A stretch of 64,000 bases of DNA from Vicinamibacterales bacterium (GCA_965116765.1 OZ220718.1:2333633-2397632), one strand, 5' to 3'; positions 28,913 to 39,418 are shown, counted from the first letter of the stretch. The notes: generated by a model from the letters alone, not told the origin. Made by a program: numbers and translations.

Positions 28913-30235
28913 GTGTCACGCCATCGAACCGGGACCCGATCGATCACCCCGGGCGCCGTCGTCCGAAACGTGGGGACCGCCATGCTGTTCGCCCTGGCGT
29001 GGGCGTGCGGCGGCGCGTCCGACCCCGGGACCGCGGGCGACGCGCGCAGCGCAATCCTGCCCGAGGGGGCGCCGTCCGACTTCTTCACGCCGCGGCCGGT
29101 CGGCGAGCCGCGCGGCGACGGCGAGCGGCCCCAGATCGCGCACGTCGCCATCGTCGACCTCGACGGCGACGGCCTTCCGGACATCCTGGCCTGCGACGCG
29201 ATCCGCAACCGGGTCGCCTGGATACGGCAGTACCCGGCCGGGACCTGGACCGAGGCGCCCGTCACCGAGGACATTCGCGCCCCCGCGCACGTGGAGCCGA
29301 CCGACTTCGACGGCGACGGCGACCTCGACCTGCTCGTCGCGAGCCTCGGCGAGCTCTTCCCGAGCGATCTGCGCATCGGCTCGGTCGTCATCCTCGAGAA
29401 CGACGGCGAGCAGCGCTTCACGAGCCGCGTCGCGGCCGAGGGCATTCCGCGGGTCGCCGACGTGCGGGCCGGCGACCTCGACGGCGACGGCGACCTCGAC
29501 CTCGCGGTGGCCGCCTTCGGCTACGACCACGGCGAGACGCTGTGGCTCGAGAACCGGGGCGGCTGGTCGTTCGAGGCCCACGTCCTGCAACGGTTCTCGG
29601 GCGCCATCAACGCCCTCGTCGCCGACCTCGACGACGACGGCGTCCGCGACGTGGTGGCCCTCGTCAGCCAGGAATGGGAGGAGATCTGGGCCTTCCCCGG
29701 CCCGGAGCTGCGGCAGCGGCTGCTCTGGGGCACGACGAACCCCGACTTCGGCTCCAGCTGGATCACCCTCGTCGATCTCGACCGGGACGGGGACCCCGAC
29801 ATCCTGCACAGCAACGGCGACGCGTTCGACTACGCGCCCGCCAACAGCCGCCCCTGGCACGGCGTGCAGTGGCTGGAGAACCGCGGCGGCATGGCGTTCA
29901 CGCCGCACCGCATCGCCGATCTGCAGGGCGCGTCGAGTCCGCAGGCCGCCGACCTCGACGGCGACGGCGATCTCGACGTGGCGGTGGTCAGCGCCTACAA
30001 CCAGTGGGACGACGAGTCGGCCCACAGCCTCGTCTGGCTCGAGAACAACGGGCGCATGCAGTTCACGATGCACCGCATCGCGCGCTCGCCGACCCACCTC
30101 ATCACCCTGGCCGCCGGCGATCTCGACGCCGACGGCACCGTCGACCTGGTCACCGGCGGCATGCACATCAGCGGTCCCTACGACCGCATGTCGCGGGTGA
30201 CGGTCTGGAGCAACGGTGGCCCGCCGGCGCCGTGA
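28913..30235 (+). CDS. FG-GAP/VCBS-repeat beta-propeller lipoprotein
   Basis: Lipobox AWAC; seven DxDxDGxxD-type Ca-binding blades. Confidence 0.9.
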   Translation: MSRHRTGTRSITPGAVVRNVGTAMLFALAWACGGASDPGTAGDARSAILPEGAPSDFFTPRPVGEPRGDGERPQIAHVAIVDLDGDGLPDILACDAIRNRVAWIRQYPAGTWTEAPVTEDIRAPAHVEPTDFDGDGDLDLLVASLGELFPSDLRIGSVVILENDGEQRFTSRVAAEGIPRVADVRAGDLDGDGDLDLAVAAFGYDHGETLWLENRGGWSFEAHVLQRFSGAINALVADLDDDGVRDVVALVSQEWEEIWAFPGPELRQRLLWGTTNPDFGSSWITLVDLDRDGDPDILHSNGDAFDYAPANSRPWHGVQWLENRGGMAFTPHRIADLQGASSPQAADLDGDGDLDVAVVSAYNQWDDESAHSLVWLENNGRMQFTMHRIARSPTHLITLAAGDLDADGTVDLVTGGMHISGPYDRMSRVTVWSNGGPPAP

Positions 30236-31781
30236 AAAGCGCGGCCGGGGCGCCGCGACGGCGGAACCGGCCGCCGCCGTCGGCCGTCCGGATCCGCGTC
30301 GGCGACGGTGGCTGGCGTGGGCGGCCGTCGCCGCCGTCGCCGCCGCCGTGCTCGTCGCGGGCGTCTCCCAGGCGAGGCGGGCGATGTACGCGGCGCGGCT
30401 TCCCGCCCTTCCCGAGCTGTCGGGCGAGCCGCCGGCCCTGCGCGAGCATCTCGAGGCGGCGGATCGCACCGCCCGCGCCCGGCCGACCTCCGCCGACGCG
30501 GTGGGGGCGCTCGGCCTCGCCTACCACGCCGACCTGTTCCTCGACCACGCCGACCGCGCCTACGCGGCGGCCGAGGCGCTCGGCGGCGATGCGTGGCGCT
30601 GGACCTGGTACCGGGCGCTGGCCGCCGGCACCCGCGGCGACACCCCGGCGCTGGCCGCCGGGCTGCGCCGGGTGGTCGCCGCCGCGCCCGACTTCGCCCC
30701 CGCATGGTGGCGGCTCGGGGAGGCCGAGTTCAAGGCGGGGCGCTACGACCCCGCCGCCGAGGCGTGGCGCAGCGCCCTGCCGCTGGCCGAGCCGGCGCCG
30801 CCGGCCGATGCGGCGGCAGGGTCGGAAGGAGGCGTCGAGGACGCGACGCCGGAGCGCGCGCCCGGGGCGCCGGTGTCGGCGTACGCCGCGCTCGGCCTCG
30901 CCCGGGTCGCGCTGGTGCAGGGCGACGCGCAGGCCGCGGCCGGGCGGCTGGAAGAGGTGACGGCGGGGGCGCCCGGCTTCGGCCCCGCCTTCCGGCTGCT
31001 CGGTGACGCGTACGCGACGTTGGGCCGTTCCGACCAGGCGGCACAGGCGGTTCGCACCGCGAACCGGCTGCCGCAGTACGAATCGTATCTCGACCCGCTG
31101 TCGGAGGCCCTCGTGCGGGAATCGCGGAGCACCACGTTCCTGCTCCAGCAGGCCGCCACCGCCGACCTCGCGACCAACGCCGCGTGGCGCGAGTACCTGA
31201 TTCGCCGGGCCCTGGAGTTCGACCCCGACCACGACGTCGCCCTCGCCGAGCTGGCCGCGACGTTCAGGATTCTCCGGCGCTACGAAGAGGCGCTGGAGCT
31301 GCTCGAGCGCCGCCGGCGCCGGCGGCCCGACGACTTCGGCGTGCTCGCCGACATGGGCCGCTGCCTCGCCGGCCTCCGACGCTACGGCGAAGCCGAGGAG
31401 ATGCTGCGGCGGGCGCTCGAAGGCCTCGACAACGCCCCCACCCGCTACGAGCTCGGCGCGGTGCTCGCCGCGTCGGGCCGGACGGGCGAGGCCATCGCCG
31501 AGTACCGTCGGGCCCTAGAGCGCAACCCCAATCACCTGGCGACGCTCAACAACCTGGGGGTGGTTCTGGCCGAGCAGGGCCGGATGGACGAAGCCGCCCG
31601 CCACTTCGAGCGGGTGATCGCGGTCGACCCCGAGAACGCCGACGCCCACGCCAACCTCGGCCTCGCGCTCGCGGGGCGCGGGGCGCGGGCTCGCGCCGCC
31701 GACGCGTTCCAGGAAGCGCTGCGTCTCGATCCCGACCACGCGGGGGCGCGCGCCGGGCTGCAGGATGTCGGATTGCGCTGA
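30216..31781 (+). CDS. Membrane-anchored TPR protein
   Basis: N-terminal TM, LPELSG motif, multiple TPRs (TLNNLGVVLAEQG, AHANLGLAL). Overlaps the FG-GAP gene. Confidence 0.88.
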   Translation: MARRRREKRGRGAATAEPAAAVGRPDPRRRRWLAWAAVAAVAAAVLVAGVSQARRAMYAARLPALPELSGEPPALREHLEAADRTARARPTSADAVGALGLAYHADLFLDHADRAYAAAEALGGDAWRWTWYRALAAGTRGDTPALAAGLRRVVAAAPDFAPAWWRLGEAEFKAGRYDPAAEAWRSALPLAEPAPPADAAAGSEGGVEDATPERAPGAPVSAYAALGLARVALVQGDAQAAAGRLEEVTAGAPGFGPAFRLLGDAYATLGRSDQAAQAVRTANRLPQYESYLDPLSEALVRESRSTTFLLQQAATADLATNAAWREYLIRRALEFDPDHDVALAELAATFRILRRYEEALELLERRRRRRPDDFGVLADMGRCLAGLRRYGEAEEMLRRALEGLDNAPTRYELGAVLAASGRTGEAIAEYRRALERNPNHLATLNNLGVVLAEQGRMDEAARHFERVIAVDPENADAHANLGLALAGRGARARAADAFQEALRLDPDHAGARAGLQDVGLR

Positions 31782-31835
31782 CGTCGACGGGGGGGATGGA
31801 GCGGACGCACGGCCGGCCGATCCGGTGGACGCGGG

Positions 31836-32240
31836 TCAGGGCCGCCCGGGCGACGGGCCAACGCTCTCCGAACCCGCATCCTCGCCACCTGCCGGTTCCC
31901 CGGCCCGGTCTTCCATGATGATCCGGGCACGGGCGAGGCGCGAGCGGACGGTGCCGATGGGAATGCCGAGACTGTCGGCGATGTCCGAGTAGCGCATCCC
32001 TTCCCGGTAGCGCAGCTCGACCACCTGCCGCTGGCGCGGCGACAGCCGGTCGACGCAGGGCTCCACCACCTTCCACCGGGCCCGGAGCCGCCCGGGTGGG
32101 TCCGTCGGACCAGCGCCTGCAGGAGCGTCCGAACCGTTCCCGCGGGCGCCGATGTGCTCCTCGATGACCAGGCTCGCGATCGATCTCAGCCAGTCGACCG
32201 TCTCGGCCGCGTGCCTTCCTCCGATGCGAAACTCGGGCAT
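31836..32240 (-). pseudogene. Truncated ECF sigma factor (region 4 only)
   Basis: LSPRQRQVVELRYREGMRYSDIADSLGIPIGTVRSRLARAR. An in-frame stop ~30 codons upstream of the ATG leaves no complete region 2. Confidence 0.65.
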
Positions 32241-32538
32241 GTCTTCCCCGGGCAGGCGGCCTCGGTCTGCAGCCCGGTACGCAAACCCACGAGCGTGCGT
32301 GCGAAGGCTGAATTTGTTTAGTTGGTTAAGTTAGACGCGGGATCCCCGCCCAGGGTTCATCGGGCGCCCCGACTGCAATACGGACCTTGCAGGAGGACCA
32401 TCTTGCCGCGGATGTCGTTTCGAGAAGAGACCAGGATTACGACTGTCCGCTGGCTGGTCTTGTCGTGCGGCAGTCCGGAAGGAACTCTCCGCCCGGAATC
32501 TTGGAGTTACTTCGAGGCGATCCGGACCGAGGTTGGGA

Positions 32539-32665
32539 CCCGTCCGGACCTCAAAGAAGAAGCTATCGTGATCGGAATCTCGGGAGCTGGTTCAACGCGC
32601 GCCCGGGGCCGAGGCAGGTACCGTCCGGACCTCAAGGAAGGAACCATCGTGATCGGAATCCCGGA
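32539..32665. repeat. ~45-bp imperfect direct repeat in a lower-GC spacer
   Basis: ccgtccggacctcaa(a/g)gaag...atcgtgatcggaatc at 32539 and 32621. Confidence 0.65.
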
Positions 32666-32808
32666 GTCGCTCTTGAGGCGCCGGTGGCCGAAGCGGCAGG
32701 TGGGGGCAGGTGGGTACTGTTCGGAACCTACTTCAAACAGGTGGATCTCCCTCTTGCGCCCGTGACGCGAGACGCTTGCAGGCGAGCGCCTGACAGTAGT
32801 ACAAGAGA

Positions 32809-32840
32809 GAGCCGGGAGAGAGAAGACTCTCTCCCGGCTC
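32809..32840 (-). terminator. Hairpin terminator after TonB receptor A
   Basis: gagccgggagagag-aaga-ctctctcccggctc, 14-bp stem; homologous to 44411 and 48110. Confidence 0.75.
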
Positions 32841-32901
32841 CGGAACGAAGGCGGGATTCACCGCCCGCCCGAAGGCGCGCGGTGACGACCGCGTACCCTG
32901 C

Positions 32902-35900
32902 CTAGAAGCGGGCGGTGACCGCGAATTGGATGACGCGGCCTTCGAGCATCCGGTTGCCGCGCTCCCAGGCAGTCAGGGCCTGGTAGTTGGCCCCGGTGCT
33001 GCCCCTTGCCTGTCGCGACCCGCCGGTGTGCTCCAGGACAACGCCGTTGTTGAGGACGTTGTAGAACGAGAACCGCGCGTCGTAGCGCCAGCTCCCGATG
33101 TTGAACACCTTCTGGAGGTTCACGTCGAGCTGCGTCCAGTACGGCAGGAACTTCACGCTGCTCAGCGGGATCGTCGGATACCAGCTATTGAAGAGATCGC
33201 CCGTGGAATGGTGGCCGATGGTCGTGACCCCATCCGGAATGATGTTCTGTCCGAGCACGCACGGCGCCACGCAGTGGCCGGGTTGACCGTAGAGCTCGGG
33301 CGAGTAGGTCCGGTACAGGTCGTTGGTCGACGTGCGGTGGACGTAGAGGCCCTCCTGCAGGCCGCCCCAGTCGCCCAGACCGCCCGGATACGCCTGCAGC
33401 GAGAAGCCGGCCTGCAGGTCGCCGATGCCCGGCAGCGAGAACGGCTGCGTGCCCGACAGCTTGAACTCGTTCCGGTACGGCCGCGGATAGGCGCCCGCGT
33501 CACAGAACCGAAGCTGCCACGGCTCGTCGCCCCGCTCCACGATGTCGGAGCAGAGGTTCACCTCGCCGCCGTACCGGCTGCCCGCGCCGCTGTTGTTGTC
33601 GGTGCCGTAGATCGACGTCCGGCCCGTGTCCTCCATCGACCAGCCGCCGAACAGGGTGCCGCCGCCGGGCAAACGCCCCTGCATGCTCAGCTCGAAGCCG
33701 CGGTAGACGTTGGTGAAGCCCGGGCCCCGCGTGCGGTCCGCGTAGCCTTCCTGGTTGGTCCGCACCGCCGGGTCGACGCTGAACGCGGTGAAGTGCCCGA
33801 CCATCGGGTACGGCCGCGCCACCTGGAAGTGCCGCACCGGGTTCCCCATGGTGTTGTCCACGGCATACGCCGGATCGGGAGAGCCGTCCGGGAACGCCCC
33901 GAAGTCCGACATGTTCCAGTTCGGGTTGTCGTCCCACCACGTGTTGTGGTACGTCCGCTGCCGGTACTCGCCGCTCAGCGAGATGCCCGGGAAGACCTCC
34001 TGCTGGATGCCTACGGTCCAGATGCGGTTGTACTCGCGATCGGTGATGTCGGGTGTCCGGGTGGGGCTGGAATTCGACCCGAAGCTGGTGTTCGAGATGG
34101 CCCCGATCTCCCAGTTCTGGGCAATGCCGTCCCAGTTCGTCCCGTACGGGTCGAGCCGGCTGCCCATGGCGTCCATGGCGCAGGCGTCGCCCGCCGCGTT
34201 CATCGTGCAGTCGTACCACTCGCGCTCGTCGTCGCGCAGGAACCCGTAGGCGTAGCGGCGGGCGAGGTTGCCGCCGATGTCACGCACGTACTTGTTGAAG
34301 CCGAACTTCAACGCCGTCCGGGCGTCGCCGAACACGTCGTAGGCCACGCTCAGCCGGGGAGAGAAGTCTGGGCCGAAGCTGGGCAGCTCGCTCTGCGGGC
34401 GACCGGGCTGCATGAACGCGGGCACGAACCGGCCCGGGCCCTTGGGCACCTCGGGAATCGAGACCGCCGCGAAGTCGACCCGCATCCCGTAGTTCAGGGT
34501 CAGCCGGTCGATGGTCCACGAGTCCTGCGCGTAGACGCCGCCGTTGTAGTCCAGCTTGTAGGCCAGGTACGACGGGTCGCTCAGGACGTTGACGCGGTCG
34601 GGCGTGCCCATCAGGCCGCAGTTCCCCTGGATGGTGCCGGCGTCGATGTTCGCCTGCGCCTGGGGATGGTCGCAGTTGAACCACTCTATCCCGTAGACGA
34701 GCGGCTGGCTCTGGATCAGGTTCCCCATGGGATGCGGGGCGCCGTCGTAGAACTGGTGCAGGTTGCCGTTGCTGCTGTTCGTGTGCCGGTTGTGGCCGTT
34801 CGTGATGTTCATCCCGAACTTGAAGCTGTGCGAGCCGGTGACGTACGACAGCGCGCTCTGGTAGGCCCAGCGGTGCGTGTAGTTGTTGTTCTCGCCCCAC
34901 TGCCGGGCGCCGTACTCCAGTCCCAGCCGGTTGTCGATCATGCCGACCTGCGAGTACCAGGGGTCGCCGCCCATCGACGCGGGCATCTGCGCCAGGTGCG
35001 CGGCCGAGCCCACCTCGGGGAAGCACGGCGTCGAGTAGCAGGTCGCCAGCGCGGACGGGTCGGGCTTCGGCTGCGCGATGAGGTTGCCGTCGTCGCGGTA
35101 CCGGTAGTAGCCGGGGTCCCAGTCCTCGTAGATGATCGAGAACCCGAACTCGGCCAGCATCCGGTTCGACAGCGTCCCCGTCCACTTCGCGGTCCCCGTG
35201 TCGTAGTGCGGGGACGTCCACGACGACGCCGCCGTGTTCAGGTCCTCGCCCGGGTTGTGCTGGCTGAACCGGCGCTTCCGAACCTTGTCGAACATCGCCG
35301 AGATCTTGTGCTGCTGCGTCATCTGCCACGTCAGCCGCACGTTCGCGCTGTGGATGGTGTTGTTGTCCAGACCCTGCGTGCCGTCGGGGTTGATGCTGTT
35401 GGTGATCTCGTTGTTCACCCCGTTCCACCGGCCCGTCGAGAAGAACCACAGGCGGTCGCGGAACACCGGGCCGCCGATGGCCCCGTTGTTGTCGTAGATG
35501 AGGCTGACGCCGGTCGCCGACTGGATGCCCTGGGCCTGGGCCGCCGGGCTCAGGTTGTCGGCCTGCCAGTTCCCCGGCGTGAAGCCCGTGAACCAGTTCC
35601 CGCTGAACTGGTTGCCCCCCTCGTTCGGGATCATGTTGATGCGCAGTCCGCCGGTCTGGGTCTCGGCGCCCTGCCCCGAGGTCGTGTACGACGTCTCCGC
35701 CGCCAGCATCGGGTTCAGGTAGGCCTGGTACCGGCCGTCGCTGATCATCGTGTTGATCATCATCCCGTCGACCTCGATCGTCGTGTTCGAGGCGTCGAGA
35801 CCGCGGCCCATCATCTCGGACTGCTGCACCCCCGCGGTGCCGCCCACGTCCGGCTTGTGCACCTTCACCCCCGGGATCAGGAGCGCGTACGACCACATGC

Positions 35901-36345
35901 TGCGGCCGGTCGGAATCGACTCCTGCGTCTCCCGCGTCATGACCTCGATGCGCTGCACCTGCTGCACGTCGACCACCGGAGTCTCGCCCGACACCGTGAT
36001 CGTCTCCTCGACCGAGCCGACCGACATGGTCACGTCGATGGGCAGGGCCACGTCGGCCCCGAGCACGAGCTCGTCGCGAACCTGGGTGCCGAAGCCCGGC
36101 AGGGTGAAGGTCACCGTATACACGCCCGGCCGCAGGTCGATGATGTTGTAGTTGCCGGTGCCGTCGGTGAAAACGACGCGCGACCCCTCGATGAGAACGT
36201 CGCTCGACGCCTCGACCGTCACACCGGGCAGCACGCCCCCGGTGTCGTCCGCGACCGAGCCCGCAATCGAGCTCTGCGCCACGGCCACCGCGGGCGCCAG
36301 CAGCACAACCGCCGCCGCGACCGCAAGGAACCTACCCAACCTCAT
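32902..36345 (-). CDS. TonB-dependent receptor A with N-terminal carboxypeptidase-regulatory-like domain (1147 aa)
   Basis: RBS ggaggagg, signal peptide, DDTGGVLPGVTVEA, ETITVSGETPVVDV, YAQDSWTIDRLTLNYGMRVD, SPRLSVAYD, terminal Phe. Confidence 0.92.
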   Translation of the reverse strand: MRLGRFLAVAAAVVLLAPAVAVAQSSIAGSVADDTGGVLPGVTVEASSDVLIEGSRVVFTDGTGNYNIIDLRPGVYTVTFTLPGFGTQVRDELVLGADVALPIDVTMSVGSVEETITVSGETPVVDVQQVQRIEVMTRETQESIPTGRSMWSYALLIPGVKVHKPDVGGTAGVQQSEMMGRGLDASNTTIEVDGMMINTMISDGRYQAYLNPMLAAETSYTTSGQGAETQTGGLRINMIPNEGGNQFSGNWFTGFTPGNWQADNLSPAAQAQGIQSATGVSLIYDNNGAIGGPVFRDRLWFFSTGRWNGVNNEITNSINPDGTQGLDNNTIHSANVRLTWQMTQQHKISAMFDKVRKRRFSQHNPGEDLNTAASSWTSPHYDTGTAKWTGTLSNRMLAEFGFSIIYEDWDPGYYRYRDDGNLIAQPKPDPSALATCYSTPCFPEVGSAAHLAQMPASMGGDPWYSQVGMIDNRLGLEYGARQWGENNNYTHRWAYQSALSYVTGSHSFKFGMNITNGHNRHTNSSNGNLHQFYDGAPHPMGNLIQSQPLVYGIEWFNCDHPQAQANIDAGTIQGNCGLMGTPDRVNVLSDPSYLAYKLDYNGGVYAQDSWTIDRLTLNYGMRVDFAAVSIPEVPKGPGRFVPAFMQPGRPQSELPSFGPDFSPRLSVAYDVFGDARTALKFGFNKYVRDIGGNLARRYAYGFLRDDEREWYDCTMNAAGDACAMDAMGSRLDPYGTNWDGIAQNWEIGAISNTSFGSNSSPTRTPDITDREYNRIWTVGIQQEVFPGISLSGEYRQRTYHNTWWDDNPNWNMSDFGAFPDGSPDPAYAVDNTMGNPVRHFQVARPYPMVGHFTAFSVDPAVRTNQEGYADRTRGPGFTNVYRGFELSMQGRLPGGGTLFGGWSMEDTGRTSIYGTDNNSGAGSRYGGEVNLCSDIVERGDEPWQLRFCDAGAYPRPYRNEFKLSGTQPFSLPGIGDLQAGFSLQAYPGGLGDWGGLQEGLYVHRTSTNDLYRTYSPELYGQPGHCVAPCVLGQNIIPDGVTTIGHHSTGDLFNSWYPTIPLSSVKFLPYWTQLDVNLQKVFNIGSWRYDARFSFYNVLNNGVVLEHTGGSRQARGSTGANYQALTAWERGNRMLEGRVIQFAVTARF

Positions 36346-36417
36346 GCGTGCACCTCCTCCATCAGAGACAACCACCGATTCATCTCTCTCCTCTGTTCAT
36401 TCACGTAGCCCGACCCG

Positions 36418-37158
36418 TCAGTTGCGACGGTCGCCGAGCCTCACGACGAAGCCGAGCGAGAACGACAGCTCCTTGAAGTCCTCGCCGCCCGGGTTCACCA
36501 ACGACGACGTCCCGCTCAGGTCGGTCTGCGCATCCTCGTTGGGGAACATCGTCAGCCGGTAGTCCGCCTGGATGCGGAACGCCGTGTTCGGCGTGATGTC
36601 GATGTCCACCCCGCCGCCGGGCTGAATCGCCCAGTGGGTCGCGGTGTGCGCGAAGAAGCCGATCTTGCGCAGCGACCGCGCCACCCCGAACAGCGCGTGG
36701 AAGTACGGCCGCACCCCGCCCGCCTGCAGGTGGAAACGCGGGCCGCCGACGACGCCGGCGGTCTGGATGTGCACCTGGCACAGGTTCGAGTACTCGCCCA
36801 CGTGCAACGGCGAGCAGTACTCCCGCTCGGGCCGGTTGAACGAGAGCGCCTGGAAGTCCTGGTTCGGGTTGGGCCGTACCGGCAGGTCGTTCGGCCCCCC
36901 GGAGTACATGGGGTGCGCGTCGATGCCGCGCCGGTAGTGCCCGTTCACGTCGAAGGCGAGCGAGAGGCCCTCGTTCACCTGGTACGACGTGTCGAAGAAC
37001 CAGCCGAAGGGCAGGTTGGACGCGTTCGCGGCCAGTTGGTCGTTCGTCAGAAACGAGTACCCGACCGCCAGGTCTCCGCCCACCTGCGCCGACGCCGGCG
37101 GGGGCACGAAAAGGGCCGTTGCCGTAAACACAACCGCACAAACAGTCAACCTGCGCAT
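36418..37158 (-). CDS. Small outer-membrane beta-barrel protein, copy 1 (246 aa)
   Basis: Signal peptide, LAVGYSFL, VGGPRF, RPYFHALFG, IQPGGGVDI, FRIQADYR, FSLGFVVRL; RBS aggag. Confidence 0.85.
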   Translation of the reverse strand: MRRLTVCAVVFTATALFVPPPASAQVGGDLAVGYSFLTNDQLAANASNLPFGWFFDTSYQVNEGLSLAFDVNGHYRRGIDAHPMYSGGPNDLPVRPNPNQDFQALSFNRPEREYCSPLHVGEYSNLCQVHIQTAGVVGGPRFHLQAGGVRPYFHALFGVARSLRKIGFFAHTATHWAIQPGGGVDIDITPNTAFRIQADYRLTMFPNEDAQTDLSGTSSLVNPGGEDFKELSFSLGFVVRLGDRRN

Positions 37159-37287
37159 GACCAGTCTCCTTGACAACAACGTTCATGACCCCGGGCGACG
37201 GCAACGTGTGCCGGCGGCCACCAGACGGCCGCCAGCGGTGAACGAAAAGTTCCGTCGGACGACAAGCGCAATCAGACGTCTGAGACG

Positions 37288-37304
37288 AGCAAAGCGCATG
37301 CCAA
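37288..37304 (-). promoter_or_regulatory. Sigma54 (-24/-12) promoter
   Basis: Minus strand TTGGCATG-CGCT-TTGCT, exact consensus spacing, 130 bp upstream of barrel 1. Confidence 0.75.
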
Positions 37305-37760
37305 TCAGCCGCAACTCGACCCTCACCCGCAAAACTGCCCGGATCCACTTGCATTCGCCGGTCTCCCATGGGCTGGCATCACGCTGGCGGAACCGCTGAT
37401 CCAACAGGACCAATCCCTCGAGCGCGGAAAAATGGTGGAACGGGTTCCATCGCGCGGGTCGCCCGCCAATCGTGGCCTGCCAGGCGCTGTCTGGCGCCCA
37501 GACTCTCGGGGCCGCGCTCGGGCGGCCATCCCGAAGGCGAGAAGCTCGGGCGCAGACTTCCTGGCTGCACCCGTCGATTCAGAGGGGGGCTGGGTATCGA
37601 GCCGGTACAGCGCGAGCAGGGTGCGCGTGGAGAGCGTGGTCCGAGGGGGGTCGAAGCCTGACAGCCGCAGACGGAAGACCCGAGCCAGGACGATGGCGGA
37701 GATCGGCCGCCAGACGTGTTTCGTCGAGGCCGATCGGCCGCAGACGGAGGACCCGGGCCG

Positions 37761-38362
37761 TCCGCACCCCGGCGTCGGGAGATGCGGCGAGCAGGCGGGC
37801 CAGGGCCATCGCGAAGACCGGCTGGTCGGGATGGCGCTCGCGCGCCGCCGCCAACCGGTCGCGCGCCTCGCGGTGGCGGCCCAGCCGAGCCAGGGCCATC
37901 GCCTCGCCGAAACGGCCCGCGACAGTGTCGGGAGCGGCTTCGAGCACCCGCCGGTAGTGCGGAAGCGCTTCGTCCACCCGCGCCGCCCGGCTGTAGGCGT
38001 CGGCCAGGCGCAGATGCGCCTCGACCGACTCCGGGGCATGCTCGGCGGCGGCGTAGCGTGCCGTCGCCTCCGCGTCCCTGCCCGCCCGTTCGAAGAGGGT
38101 CCCGATCATGTAGTTGGCCTGGGCCGACCGCGGGTCGAGCCGGAGGGCGGCCTCGAGCTCGACGAGGGCCTCGCGGGCGCACCCGGCCCGGTCGAGGGCC
38201 ATGCCGAGGCTGAGCTGCAGGTCGGCGTCGTCGGGCTCGAGCTCGAGGGCCAGGCGGAACTGGCGTGCGCTGCCGCCGGGAATGCGTCGTTGCCGAGCTT
38301 GAACACGTCCGGGATCACTGCGCTCTGTGTAGGGCAAGCCGGGAGCGACGGCAACGCTCGCT
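37761..38362 (-). pseudogene. Deleted duplicate of the CRTAC1-TPR operon: promoter copy fused to an internal TPR fragment
   Basis: 37761-38265 is near-identical to 40839-41346; ~38270-38362 matches ~44262-44352. Confidence 0.88.
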
Positions 38363-38404
38363 ACCCGTCGGGCTGCGCGACATCCGGCCGGACGCGGACG
38401 CGCT

Positions 38405-38716
38405 TCAGCGTCGGCCCGGGACCGGCACCGCCTGCGCGGCTTCTGCGCCGGCGAGCAGCTCGTCGACAGTCTCGCACCGCACGATGAGATCGCCGACCTC
38501 GGCGAGGCGTTCAGGGTCCGCGATGCGTTCCAGTACCGGGGCCAAGCGTTCCGCCGCGCCCGCACCGAACCGCGACCCGGCCTGACGGCGCAACAGGGCG
38601 CGTTGCTGATCGAGTCCCTGCGCTATTCCCCGTTCGATTCCCTGCGCGATGCCCTGCTCCAGTCCCTCCTGGCGCCATTGCCGGGGCCATTCGCTCACCC
38701 GCTCTTCCAGCGTCAT
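38405..38716 (-). CDS. Orphan Rpn/YhgA-like C-terminal (DUF4351-like) small protein, 103 aa
   Basis: ggagg/gagg RBS, then MTLEERVSEWPRQWRQEGLEQGIAQGIERG...LLRRQAGSRFG...DPERLAEVGDLIVRCET. Confidence 0.75.
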   Translation of the reverse strand: MTLEERVSEWPRQWRQEGLEQGIAQGIERGIAQGLDQQRALLRRQAGSRFGAGAAERLAPVLERIADPERLAEVGDLIVRCETVDELLAGAEAAQAVPVPGRR

Positions 38717-38919
38717 CCTCACGTCCTCCAGCGTGTAGGCCGGCGCGCCCTCGCGCTCGCGGCGCGCGGCGCGCGGGCTCGCGCCGCCGACGCGTTCCAG
38801 GAAGCGCTGCGTCTCGATCCCGACCACGCGGGGGCGCGCGCCGGGCTGCAGGATGTCGGATTGCGCTGACGTCGACGGAGGTTCCGGGACGTCTCGTCGA
38901 CCATGCCGAACGCCATCCT

Positions 38920-39375
38920 TCACGCGGATCGGCGTTCCTTGACAAGCTCGACGAGCAGGCTGTCGAGGGTCTGGCGCACCCCCTCGACGCGGTCTCCGAG
39001 CGAGCGGTGCGCCTCTTGGCTCTCCGTCCGGAGCTGCTGCACCGACTCCCGCGTCTCGGCCCGCAGGGACTCCAGCCGGTTCCCCAAGTCGGATGTCGAA
39101 GCCTCCAGCCGGCTCCCCAAGTCGGATGTCGAAGCCTCCAGCCGGCTCCCGAGCTCCAACCGCAGGGACTCCAGTCGGTTCCCCAAGTCGGATGTCGAAG
39201 CCTCCAGCCGGCTCCCGAACTCAGACCGCAGGGACTCCAGCCCCGCCCCGACCTCGGAACGCAAGGCATTCTGCGAGGCTTCTATGCGGCTCCAGAGCGC
39301 CAACAACATCGTGGCCATCGCACCCAACATCGCGACCGCCACACCCGCGGCAGCCAACCACTCGCTGGTCGTCAT
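38920..39375 (-). CDS. Membrane-anchored coiled-coil protein with 11-residue repeats
   Basis: RBS ggaggg, N-terminal TM, (RLEASTSDLGx/RLESLRxELGS)n encoded by 33-bp repeats. Confidence 0.8.
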   Translation of the reverse strand: MTTSEWLAAAGVAVAMLGAMATMLLALWSRIEASQNALRSEVGAGLESLRSEFGSRLEASTSDLGNRLESLRLELGSRLEASTSDLGSRLEASTSDLGNRLESLRAETRESVQQLRTESQEAHRSLGDRVEGVRQTLDSLLVELVKERRSA

Positions 39376-39418
39376 CGTCCCTCCGTGCAGTGGTTCGCGT
39401 GCCCGACCCTGACTGTCG

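Noticed and set aside
32322-32765. 147-aa plus-strand ORF in the lower-GC spacer
   Set aside because: Atypical codon usage, no RBS or recognisable domain.
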